This document shows, piece after piece, positions 20,688-30,765 of a stretch of DNA of 64,000 bases. Below the pieces are notes generated by a model. The model was not told the DNA's origin. It did no database searches and saw only the letters and a list, made by a program, of their open reading frames with translations. The translations under genes were made by a program, and so were the position numbers. Source of the DNA: an uncultured bacterium (GTDB lineage: Bacteria; Krumholzibacteriota; Krumholzibacteriia; Krumholzibacteriales; Krumholzibacteriaceae); assembly GCA_963786935.1 (NCBI GenBank), contig CAWBAN010000001.1, positions 384,001 to 448,000 of the forward strand, read 5' to 3'. Numbering within the stretch: position 1 is the stretch's first letter; each line of letters opens with the position of its first letter.

Positions 20688-20816
20688 AGCTTTCCGGAAA
20701 ATATCGCAAATAGCATGCCATGACAATAGTATTCGCGCCGGGGCCTTTTGGCCGGCGATTGCGGGGCATTCGCATTGTTGCGCCGCCGGCCGAAAACGGG
20801 TATTATCTCGCTCGCA

Positions 20817-21738
20817 ATGGAAAAGAAGCTCATTCAGGAGATCCGCGCGCAGGCGGCGGGGAAGGTGCTGCCGGGAGAGCCTCTGGCGCGTCATACGACG
20901 TACCGCGTCGGGGGCGCGGCCGAGGTGCTCGTCTGCCCGCGCGACGCGGAGGATGCCGCGCGCGTCTATTCGTTCGCGCGGCTTCGCGGAGTCCCGCTCC
21001 TCGTGCTCGGCGCCGGCTCGAACGTCATCGCGCCGGACGAGGGGATCGCGGGCGTCGTGCTGAAGACCGCGTCCGCGTCGGCGAGGATCGTCTTCCTCGG
21101 GGGTAGAAAGGTGCGGGCGGAGGCGGGCGTGCCGCTCATCGATCTCGTGCGCGCGACCGCGGCGCGGGGTCTCGCCGGCCTCGAGCCGCTCGCGGGAATT
21201 CCCGGAACGGTCGGCGGCGCGGTCGTGATGAACGCGGGGACGCGGGACGTCGAGGTCGCGCGGCTCCTGAGCCGTATCGACGTCATCACGTCGTCGGGAC
21301 GGCGGCGCTTGTTCGCGGCCGCGGAGTGCTCCTTCGGATACCGGCGGAGCGTTTTCCTCGGAACCGATTGGCTCGTTCTCGGCGCCGAGTTCAAGCTCGG
21401 CCGAGGCGACGCGCGCCGAAGCCTCGAGACGATCGACTCGTTTCTCGAGGAGCGCGAGTCGCAAATATCACCCCGAGATCCCGAGCGCCGGGAGCGTCTT
21501 CAAGCGGCCGCCGGGGATGTACGCCGGCCGCCTCATCGAGGAGGCGGGATGCAAGGGAATGCGAATCGGGGACGCCGTGGTGGCCGATTGGCACGCGAAT
21601 TTCATCGTGAACGCGGGGCACGCGAAGGCGAGCGACATCATGGCGCTCGTCTCCGCGGTTCGTGCCCGGGTCTTTGAGCGGAGCGGCGTCTATCTCGAGC
21701 TCGAGCAGATTCCGCTCGCGCCGGAACTTCCGCGGTAG
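20817..21738 (+). CDS. murB: UDP-N-acetylenolpyruvoylglucosamine reductase; apparent frameshift near 21465
   Basis: [35 protein letters not shown]; second frame [23 protein letters not shown]. Confidence 0.93.
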
Positions 21739-21807
21739 AAATGCGATGTATCGCCGTCTCGCCGAAGCTGCGCCGCGCGGGGGATAATGAGGGGGGCGAG
21801 TTTTGCC

Positions 21808-24800
21808 ATGCGGACCGTCGTTGACTCATATCCGCTTTCCCCTTTGCAGGAAGGGATGCTTTTCAATGCGCTTTTCGCGCCCCATTCGGGCGTCGATGTC
21901 ACCCAGATCATATGCCGGATGCATCACGCCATCGAGCCCGCGGCATTCCGGCGCGCGTGGGAAGGGGCGGTGGCCCGTCACGCGATTCTGAGAACCGCGT
22001 TCCGGTGGGAAGGGCTCAAGGAGCCGGTCCAGGACGTGTACGACAGCTGCGGATCTCGAGTACGTCGGTGGAGGATCTTCGGGCGCTTGCGTCCGCGGAG
22101 CAGAACGAGCGTCTGGAGGCTCATCTCAAGGCGGATCGGCATCGCGGGTTCGACATCGCGAAGGCGCCCCTCATTCGAATCGGCCGTCTTTCTCTTGTCC
22201 GACGAGGAAACCGTCCTCGTCTGGTCGCTCCACCATCTCATTCTCGATGCTCCTTCCTGTCGCGATGATCCTCAAGGAGGTCTTCGCGATATACGAGGCG
22301 GCGCTCGAGGGACGAGAGGCGGCGCTCGATCCGCCGAAGCCGTACCGATCCTATATCGATTGGCTGCAGAAGCAGGACATGACCGCCGCGGAAAGCTTCT
22401 GGCGCGATCTTCTCAAAGGGTACGCGAGCCCGATATCGCTCTCCATCGCGCACGATCCGCAGAATCTCTCGCGGGCGGCGGGAAGGTACGGCAAGCGCGA
22501 GATCGTTCTGCCGCAGGGCGTCAGACCCGCGCTCAAAGCGCTCGCGAAGGAGAACGGCTTCACCCTCTACACGTGCTTCCAAGCGGCGTGGGCCGTCATC
22601 CTGAGCCGCTACAGCGGCTCGCCGGATGTCGTGTGGGCGGCGGTGCGGGGATGCCGCGGCGTGCCCATCGAGGGGCGCCGATTCGATCGTCGGACTGTTC
22701 ATCAACACGCTTCCCGTGCGCGCGCGGATCGACGAGAAACAGCCCGTCATCGAGTTCCTGAAAGGATCTCCGCGCGCAGCACGTCGCCACGCGCGCCTTC
22801 GAGCACAGCTCGCTGGCGCGGATTCAGCGGTGGAGCGAGGTGCCGTCCGGGATGCCGCTCTTCGAGAGCCTCATGAACTATCGAGAGTGTTCCCTGGAAC
22901 ACGCTCCTCGACTCGCTCGGCGGCGATTTTCTCAAGCGCGAATGGGACGTGAGGAACCAGACGAACATCCCCATCGGTTTCGACATCTACGAGCAGCCCG
23001 AGCTCCGCATCGTCGTCGATTACGATACCGCGCTCTTCGACGGAGCGGCGATCGACGCGATGCTCGGTCATTACCGCACCCTTCTCGAAGGGATCGCCGC
23101 GAATCCGCATCGCGCCGTGGGGGAGCTTCCGATGCTCAGCGACGCCGAGCGCGCGAAGATCCTCGTCGAATGGAACAGGACGGAAGCCGATTATCCGCGC
23201 GAGCAGACGATCCACGGGCTGATCGAGGCACAGGCCGCGTGCGCTCCCGACGCCGTCGCCGTCTCGCTCGGGAGCGCGAGCATCTCCTACGGCCGGCTCA
23301 ACGAGCGCGCGAACGAGCTCGCTCACTGGCTGCGGAAGCGGGGAGTCGCGACGGGCACGCCCGTCGCCGTCTGCATGGATCGCACGATCGACATGGTGGT
23401 CGCCCTCGTCGCGACGCTCAAGGCGGGCGGCGCCTACGTCCCGATGGATCCGTCGTACCCGCGGGAGCGGCTCGCCTTCATGCTCGAGGACACGAACGCG
23501 CCGGTGCTCCTCACCGAGGGCGCGATCGCCGGCGGTCTCCCCGAGCATCGCGCCCACACGCTTCGTCTCGACGCGGACTGGGGCGCGGTCGCGGGGGAGC
23601 GGAGTGATAATCCCGCTCGCGCCGCCGGTCCCGACGACCGGGCGTACATCATCTTCACGTCGGGCTCCACGGGACAGCCGAAGGGGGTGTGCTGCCGGCA
23701 CCGGAGCGTGCTCAACCTGCTGGCCGATTTCGGGCGGCGCGCGCCGATATCGGCCGGCGACCGCTGCGGCCTGTGGACGAGCGTGAGCTTCGACGTCTCG
23801 GTCTACGAGATCTTCTCGGCGCTCACGGCGGGGGCTGCCCTGTGCATCGCGTCGGACGCCGTCCGGTTCGACAGCGCGCTCTTTTTCGAGTGGATGCGCG
23901 AGAACCGCATCACGTCCGCGTACGTGCCGCCCCTCATGCTCGGCGATCTGCTCGCATGGATCGAGAAACATCCGCTCGCGCTTCCGCTCAAGCGGCTCCT
24001 CGTCGGCGTCGAGCCGATCGACGAGAAGCTCCTCGCCTCGATGATGGAGCGCGTGCCGGGGCTCGCGATCGTCAACGGGTACGGCCCGACCGAAACGACC
24101 ATCTGCGCGACCCTCTACGACGTGCGTCCCGAAGCGGCGCGCGACCGGAACACGCCGATCGGGAGACCCGTGCAGAATTCGAAGATCTATCTCCTCGATT
24201 CCTCCATGCGCCCCGTTCCTCCCGGTGTTCGCGGAGAAATCTACATCGGGGGAGAGGGGCTCGCGCACGGCTATTTCAATCGGCCCGAGCTGACCGCCGA
24301 GCGCTTCATCCCGGATCCCTTCGCGGCCGCTCCGGGCGGCAGGCTCTATAAGGCCGGGGATACCGCCCGCCGTCTCGGCGACGGGACCATCGAGTTCATC
24401 GGCCGGATCGACTACCAGGTCAAGGTGCGGGGATTCCGCGTCGAGCCCGGAGAGATCGAGGCCGTCCTGAGCCGGCATCCGTGGGTGAGGGATTCCGTCG
24501 TGATCGCGAAGGGCGATCGGACGGGCACGAAACGGCTCGTGGCTTATGTCGTAACGAACAAAGAGAAAACGGGTTCAGTCGCCGATCTCAGGTCGTTTCT
24601 CAAAGAGACCCTTCCCGATTATATGGTGCCGTCGGCCTTTGTGACGATGGACGCGTTCCCCTTGACGCCCAATGGCAAGCTCGACAGGGCCGCGCTCCCC
24701 GAGCCGGAGGTTTCGAGGGCCGATCTGCGGAGCTCCTATGTCGCCCCGCGCGACGAGGTCGAGATTCAGCTTTCGCAGATATGGGAGAAGGTGATCGGGA

Positions 24801-25801
24801 TCGCGCCGATCGGCGTCACCGACAGCTTCTTCGATCTCGGGGGGCATTCGCTTCTCGCCGTTCGCCTCTTCGCGGAGATCACGAGGGTGTTCGGCACGAG
24901 CATCCCGCTCGCGGCGATCTTCCAGTCGCCGACGATCGGGGAGATCGCGACCATGATCCGCGAGAAGACGCTCGCGCAGGGGGGAGAGTCGCTCGTCGCG
25001 ATCCAGCCGAAGGGCACGAAGCCACCGCTCTATTTTATACACGCCTATGGGGGCGGCGTATTTTTCTATCGCGAGCTCTCGGACAGCCTCGGCGCCGATC
25101 AGCCGTTCTACGGGCTCCAGGCGGTGGGGCTGGACGGCGGCCGTCCGCCCCATACGAGGGTCGAGGATATGGCGGCCCATTACATCGGGGAGATCAAGCG
25201 GGTGCAGCCGGCCGGTCCGTATTTTCTCGGCGGCCGCTGCCTCGGTGCCTACGTCGCCTTCGAGATGGCGAGCCAGCTCCGCGCGCGGGGGGACTCGGTC
25301 GGCCTGCTCGCGATCCTCGACAGCTACTGGGTGCCGCAGGAGGCGGACGACGGCCGGCGGGGGATCGCCGTCCACCTGAAGAGAATGTCGGAGCGCGGCT
25401 TCAGGGAGAAGCTCGCCTACATCAAGGAATACGCGGGGTACCGCGTCATCAGGATAAAGCTCGCGCTCGCGGAGGCTTTGAGCTCTCTCTGCTTCAGAAT
25501 GGGGCGGCCGATCCCCGCGTTCATGAAAGATTTCTATATCAACATATACATACCCGAGGTGAACGCGCGGGCCGAGAAAAACTATTCCCCCGCGATATAC
25601 CCGGGGATCGTCACCTTCTTTCAGGCGACCGCCGAGGGGGAGCGGGATCCCCGCATGTTCTGGGGGAAGCTGACCTCGGAAGGTCTCGACGTCAGGATGG
25701 TTCCGGCGACCCACAAGGACATCCTCGTCGATCCCAACGTGAAGGTGCTCGCCGAGAAGCTCGATGCCGCGCTCGAAGAGGCCCGGACCGAAACCAGATG
25801 A
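21808..25801 (+). CDS. Single-module non-ribosomal peptide synthetase C-A-PCP-TE; C domain split by about six apparent indels (22050-22900), A-PCP-TE intact
   Basis: C: YPLSPLQEGML, RH.ILRT, HHLILDA, VGLFINTLPVR; A: YIIFTSGSTGQPKG, NGYGPTE, YKAGD, QVKVRGFRVEPGEIE, NGKLDR; PCP: FFDLGGHSL; TE: GGRCLG. Confidence 0.92.
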
Positions 25802-25813
25802 ACCGGTGATGCC

Positions 25814-26565
25814 ATGAACCCCGTGCCGGCGCAAATCCCGTCGGTCGCGAAACCTCCCGAGCCGCGCGGGGGAGGACGTTCACGTGTGGACCGTGTCGCT
25901 CGATCTCGACGAACGTGAAATCCGGGCCTGCGAGGCCGTGCTGTCCCCCGACGAGGCGGCGCGCGCGGCGCGGTTCGTGCTTCCGGTTCATCGAACGAGA
26001 TTCGTCGCGGCGCGCGGCGTTCTCCGGACGATTCTCTCGCGGTACACGGGGACGGAGCCGGGGAGAATCGAGCTCTCGTACGGTCCGCACGGGAAACCGC
26101 GGCTCGCGCCGGCGTCCGCGCCCCACGGGATCCAATTCAATGTATCGCACGCGGGGAACCGCGCGCTCGTGGCCGTGACGACGGGCCGCGGCGTCGGCGT
26201 CGACATCGAGTCGATCGGGACGCGCGCGCGCGAGGCCGATATCGCGCGCCGCTTCTTCACGCCGGGGGAGGATCGCGCGCTCCGCTCCGCGGATGAATCC
26301 GCCCGCCCGGCGCTCTTCGCCGCGTTCTGGGCGCGCAAGGAAGCGTGCATCAAGGCGAGCGGGCTCGGGCTCCTCTTGTCGCTCGATTCCTTCGACGTCT
26401 CGGCCGGCGCGCGGGAGCCGCGCGTCGTCGAATCGGAGAGGCGGCGACGCGCGGGGCGGACGGTCGTGGACGCTCGCCGACGTCGAAGCCGTCTCCGGCT
26501 ACGCGGCCGCATGCGCCGTGGAAGGGCGCGGCCTGAGGATCATGCAGGGGGAGTTCCGCTTCTAG
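25814..26565 (+). CDS. Sfp-type 4'-phosphopantetheinyl transferase; apparent frameshifts near 25870 and 26440
   Basis: LSPDE..RA.RF, GKP, FNVSH, GVDIE, W.RKEA.IKA.G.G motifs; directly after the NRPS. Confidence 0.88.
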
Positions 26566-28028
26566 CGTTTCCGCGCCCGGGCGCCTCGCTCGCCGAGCCG
26601 GGTCCGCACGTTCCGCACCTTGTTCGTCAGCCTCTCCGTGAGCATTTCCACCTCGTCTATCCTAAACCGGCGAAGCACGATGTAATAGACGAGCAGGTAC
26701 AGGAGCGAGAACGACACTGCCCGGATCACGGGATTCATGCCGACCCATCTGCCGGCGACGAGGACGGGCAGCGCGATGACGGTGCAGAAGATGATCGCGA
26801 GAATTCTCCTCCAGAGCAGCAGCCGGCTGAGGGGGAGGTGGTAGAAATGGAGGATCTTGCTCGCAATGTAGACGGTCGCCGCCGCTTCGGCGAGAATGAA
26901 CGCGAGCGCCGGCGTGACGAATCCCACCGGCTCGAAGAAGAGGAGGATCAGGCCGATATTGACCGCGAGGTCGAGGGTGGTCCCGAAGATGAAATACTTG
27001 TTCTGGTTGATCACGCGGAGCGGCGTGCCCATCTCGAAGCACTGGATGACGATCAACGCGAGGTAGATCCTGAAGAGCGGCACGGCCTGGAGATAGGTCG
27101 CGGTGAACAGCGTTTCGATGAAGGTGGTCGCGTACACGAAGAACACGGCGAAGACGGGAAACACCATGGCGCAGAAGACGACGTTCGCGCGGCGCCAGAG
27201 GTACAGCCGCTCCTCGTCGCCGACCTGGGCCATTTCCGGGAAGAGCACGTCCATGACGCTCGTCCGCACGATGTTGATCACCGGGATCTGCTGCCCCCCG
27301 ATCGTGTAGAACGCGAGATGCTCGACGCCCATCTTGATCGAGATGAAGAGATTGGCGAGCTGGTTGTTGATGAGGGAGAGCACGCCCGCCGAGCCGAGCG
27401 GGACGATGAACCTGAGCTGTTCCCTGAGCAGCGCGCGATCGAGGCGCCTCGTGAAAACCCCGCGGAGCACGACGTACACGAAGAGGCACTTCGCCGCCTC
27501 GACGGCGATCATCGTCCAGATGACGACGGCGACGTCGCGGCTCGCGATCGCGGCGACGACGAGGGCCGCCGTCCGCACGACGACGCGTCCCGACGAGAAG
27601 TAGAGGACGTAATCGGTCCGCTTCTTGCCGAGCCAGTAGTTCTCGAGGAAGTCGAGGTTGAGAAAGAAGAAGACGTAGACGATCATCGGCGCGATGAAAT
27701 CGAAGCTCGTCCGCGCCAGAATGAGGGGCTTGAAGAGGTACACGGCGATCAATCCGACGAAGCTCGTGCAGAAAATGAGGAGCGCGGTGTGCGTGACGCT
27801 CTGCCGCTCGCGGTCGGGATACTTCGGGATAAAATAGATCAGGTTCGTGTTCACGGCGAACTGGATGACGCCGGCGATGAGCAGCGAATAGAGCATGAAC
27901 TCCCGGTACTGCCCGTAGGCGCGGAGCTCGAAGATGCGCACGAGGATGATGGGGGAGAGGATCATGACGCCGTAGTTCATCACCCTGCAGAGGATGAGCA
28001 CCATCGCCCGTTTCGTGATCGACGCCAC
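26562..28028 (-). CDS. Oligosaccharide flippase (Wzx/MOP family)
   Basis: About 12-14 TM; PIILVR.F...YGQY N-terminal pattern; glycan-locus context. Confidence 0.82.
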   Translation of the reverse strand: MASITKRAMVLILCRVMNYGVMILSPIILVRIFELRAYGQYREFMLYSLLIAGVIQFAVNTNLIYFIPKYPDRERQSVTHTALLIFCTSFVGLIAVYLFKPLILARTSFDFIAPMIVYVFFFLNLDFLENYWLGKKRTDYVLYFSSGRVVVRTAALVVAAIASRDVAVVIWTMIAVEAAKCLFVYVVLRGVFTRRLDRALLREQLRFIVPLGSAGVLSLINNQLANLFISIKMGVEHLAFYTIGGQQIPVINIVRTSVMDVLFPEMAQVGDEERLYLWRRANVVFCAMVFPVFAVFFVYATTFIETLFTATYLQAVPLFRIYLALIVIQCFEMGTPLRVINQNKYFIFGTTLDLAVNIGLILLFFEPVGFVTPALAFILAEAAATVYIASKILHFYHLPLSRLLLWRRILAIIFCTVIALPVLVAGRWVGMNPVIRAVSFSLLYLLVYYIVLRRFRIDEVEMLTERLTNKVRNVRTRLGERGARARKR

Positions 28029-28032
28029 TGCG

Positions 28033-30576
28033 CTACCTCACCTGTATCGCGGCCGTCACGGCGCCGCCGTATGAATCGTCGTCGGTGAGGATATCACCGA
28101 GAACGTAATTCGGATACTGCGGCTTTTCCGCGAGCTTGAGCGAGATCGTGTACGCGCCGGGAGCGACGTTCGCGGGGATCGGAACGCGCACCCGGTCATG
28201 CACCGCGCGCAGCGCCGGCCACGTGTCCGGCGGGAAAACGCCCCCGAGCGGCTGGAAATCGGCGCGGAAACGGAAGCGATGTCCGGTCGTTCGTTCGATC
28301 AGCTTGCGGTACGGCTTGCTCCACGCCAGCCGGTACAGGGCGTTCTTCGGGAATTCCGTATCGAATCGCAGGTACGCGACGTAGCTCCGCGGGGGACACC
28401 GCTCCGCGGCGACCCAGGAGACATCGATGACGATGGTGTCGCCGCGTGCGACTTCGCCGCCGCTCGCCCGCACACGCTCGATGAAAACGCCCTCGATGCC
28501 CGACGGCGTCAGCCGGGACGCCGCCGCGGCGTCGATGGAGTCGCCGATGAACGGCAGCGCCGGCCGCGGCGCTTCGGCCGGGGCGCCGGCGGGGCCGGCG
28601 ACGAGCCTTGCCATGACGACGCCGTCCCGCTCGAAGATGACGCCGAACGGGCTCGCCGCCCCGCGGATCCTCGCGGCGAGCGTATCGGCTATCGCCCGGT
28701 CCGGCTTCCAGTACATCGTTTCGGCGCCGGGAGGGATTCTCCCGTTGACGACGAGGTATTCGGCGCCGTATTCGACGAGGATCTCCCGCACGTCCGCGAG
28801 GGAGGAGGCCGGGGAGAAGATCCTCCTCGCGTCGACGATTCTCTTGATCGCCGTCGAGTCGTTCGGCGTCGAGTGCTGGTCGTACGGACAGATCACGAAG
28901 GCGTCGGTGAACGCGGGGATGCCGAAGCTCGTTATCGGGTCCGACGCGATGACGATTCCGCGGGGGCAATGCAGATTGATGAACTCGAAGAGGTCGTCGA
29001 GGTTCCGATAGCTCCCGAGACGATTCGCGTCGGCGTCAGCGCGCCCGTACGCGAATCCCGAAACGTTTCCCGCGAGCGGGACGGCGAGGAGCACAACGGC
29101 GGCCGCGGCGCCGCAGGCGGCGCGCGCGCGCCCGAGCTCCGGATTGTGTCCGCGAAGCGCCTTCCAGAGCTCTCCGAGGAGCATCGCGCAAACGAGCATC
29201 GACGGCACGGCGAACTCGAACCGCAGCAGCAGATACGACAGCGTGCCGCTCAGGAACGGATACCAGAGCGGAACGAAGAGGAGAAGATAGACGGCGATGA
29301 CGCCCACGAGGAGAAATCGCAGCTCGCTCCATGTGCTCCCGCGCTTCCAGAGAATGAAAACGGAGAGGAGCGCGAGCGCTCCGAGCGGCCCGGCCGTCTC
29401 GAAAAACACGATCGGGTTCATAACGTAGAAACGGTCCGTGAAGAACAATGCCCCCTGCACATGGGTGTGAATGGGATTGTTCGGCGCGTAGTCGCGCAGG
29501 TAGCGCATGAGGAGGTAGGGTACGTTCGGCACGATCGCCGCCGCGAACAAAAGTGGAATCCCCCGCCCGAGGAGCGCACGCCGCTCCCCGCGGACGGCGG
29601 CCAGATGAGAGAGGGAGAAGACGGCGATGATGAACAGGGCGGCGGCGAGGTGCGCGATATGGGTCCCCGTCGCCGCGAAGAGGGCGAGCGCGACGAACGC
29701 GAGCGCGTCGGTCCGGCGCGAGTGGAGGTAGAGCGGCACGGCGGCGAACGCGAGCACGTAGAAGGATCTCCCGAACGCGTATCCGCTCGCGTTCGCGAGG
29801 AGCTGATGCCCCGCGAGACCGCCGCCGTAGCAGAGAACGTAGAGGGCGGCCGCGACGAGGCCGGCCGCGGCGCTGCCGAAGAGCATGAGCCCCGCGGCGT
29901 ACAGCGAAACGAGGAGGAAGACGGAGCCGATGACCGCGATGAGCGGCCAGACCGCCGCGACGTCGGGGGAGCCGGTCAGCGAGTTGACGGCGCCCCACAA
30001 CGCGTGAATCATCCCCTTCCTGATGTCCCTCGTGAGGGCGCCGCTCTCGGGGTAATAAAATCGTTCGGGGAACGCCTGATGCGTGTTCGAGATCGTCCGG
30101 ATATAGGCGATATGGTCGGGAGGGTCGGACATGTAGAACAGGGGATCGCCCGTTCCGAGGATCAGCGCCGCGACGATCACGATGAGGAGCGCGAGGAGGA
30201 GGGGCGTCGTTCTCCCCCCGCGCGGCCCGGATGCCGCCGCTTCGCGCGGCGGGCGTTTCCACAGCGCAAGCGCCGCGACGAGCGCCGGCATGACGGCGCC
30301 GAGGAGCCGGATATCCGCGTGCGCGAGCGCGATGACGAAGAGCGCGGCGAAGGCGAGCGCCGTTCCGCACACGAACGAGTGCGCCGCCCGGAGAACGCCG
30401 CGCGCGTCGGGCGCGATCCTGAGCGAGAGCAGCCAGCCGGGCGCGAGCACGAGATAGAGGAAGAAGAGGACGAAGAGCGCCCGGTGGGAGGGGAGGAGCG
30501 CCGGGAAGAGCTCGAGGAGGATGAAAACGGCCGTCGCTCCCAGTATCGCGATGCGCTCGATATGTTGAATCGCCAT
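28033..30576 (-). CDS. Large polytopic membrane protein, GT-C-like, with soluble C-terminal domain
   Basis: 847 aa, many TM helices, SDPPDH loop after N-terminal TMs; C-terminal P.G.Y.ISL pattern. Confidence 0.65.
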   Translation of the reverse strand: MAIQHIERIAILGATAVFILLELFPALLPSHRALFVLFFLYLVLAPGWLLSLRIAPDARGVLRAAHSFVCGTALAFAALFVIALAHADIRLLGAVMPALVAALALWKRPPREAAASGPRGGRTTPLLLALLIVIVAALILGTGDPLFYMSDPPDHIAYIRTISNTHQAFPERFYYPESGALTRDIRKGMIHALWGAVNSLTGSPDVAAVWPLIAVIGSVFLLVSLYAAGLMLFGSAAAGLVAAALYVLCYGGGLAGHQLLANASGYAFGRSFYVLAFAAVPLYLHSRRTDALAFVALALFAATGTHIAHLAAALFIIAVFSLSHLAAVRGERRALLGRGIPLLFAAAIVPNVPYLLMRYLRDYAPNNPIHTHVQGALFFTDRFYVMNPIVFFETAGPLGALALLSVFILWKRGSTWSELRFLLVGVIAVYLLLFVPLWYPFLSGTLSYLLLRFEFAVPSMLVCAMLLGELWKALRGHNPELGRARAACGAAAAVVLLAVPLAGNVSGFAYGRADADANRLGSYRNLDDLFEFINLHCPRGIVIASDPITSFGIPAFTDAFVICPYDQHSTPNDSTAIKRIVDARRIFSPASSLADVREILVEYGAEYLVVNGRIPPGAETMYWKPDRAIADTLAARIRGAASPFGVIFERDGVVMARLVAGPAGAPAEAPRPALPFIGDSIDAAAASRLTPSGIEGVFIERVRASGGEVARGDTIVIDVSWVAAERCPPRSYVAYLRFDTEFPKNALYRLAWSKPYRKLIERTTGHRFRFRADFQPLGGVFPPDTWPALRAVHDRVRVPIPANVAPGAYTISLKLAEKPQYPNYVLGDILTDDDSYGGAVTAAIQVR

Positions 30577-30683
30577 GGCTGCTTTCCGGTTGAGGGCGTT
30601 TCAGCAGAATCTAGCGTGAAGCGGCCCGGCTTGTGAAGCGCTAAATGCGCTGCGCCCGGCCGGCGCCGCCGGAGAGCATCCGC

Positions 30684-30711
30684 TTGACATCGCCCCGCGC
30701 TGTAGTAGACT
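30684..30711 (+). promoter_or_regulatory. sigma70-type promoter candidate TTGACA-N16-TAGACT
   Basis: Located about 55 nt upstream of the acyltransferase ATG. Confidence 0.55.
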
Positions 30712-30765
30712 GCTCGCCGTGCCGCGATCCCGCGGCGGCGAAACCGGCGAGGCGGACGCGCTCCT

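Noticed and set aside
20817..21738. Calling murB, cinA, the PPIase and the M24 peptidase pseudogenes
   Set aside because: Single indels, mostly in homopolymers, with all catalytic motifs intact are better explained by sequencing error.
25884..28088. 734-aa ORF apparently fusing the PPTase to a long C-terminal region
   Set aside because: After a frameshift near 26440 it reads through the antisense strand of the Wzx gene; the real PPTase C-terminus is in another frame ending at 26565.
28198..30636. Many long antisense ORFs (also 2023-3963, 31537-33678, 44043-46247, 56058-58193)
   Set aside because: Expected stop-poor shadow frames in high-GC DNA opposite well-supported genes; no recognisable motifs.
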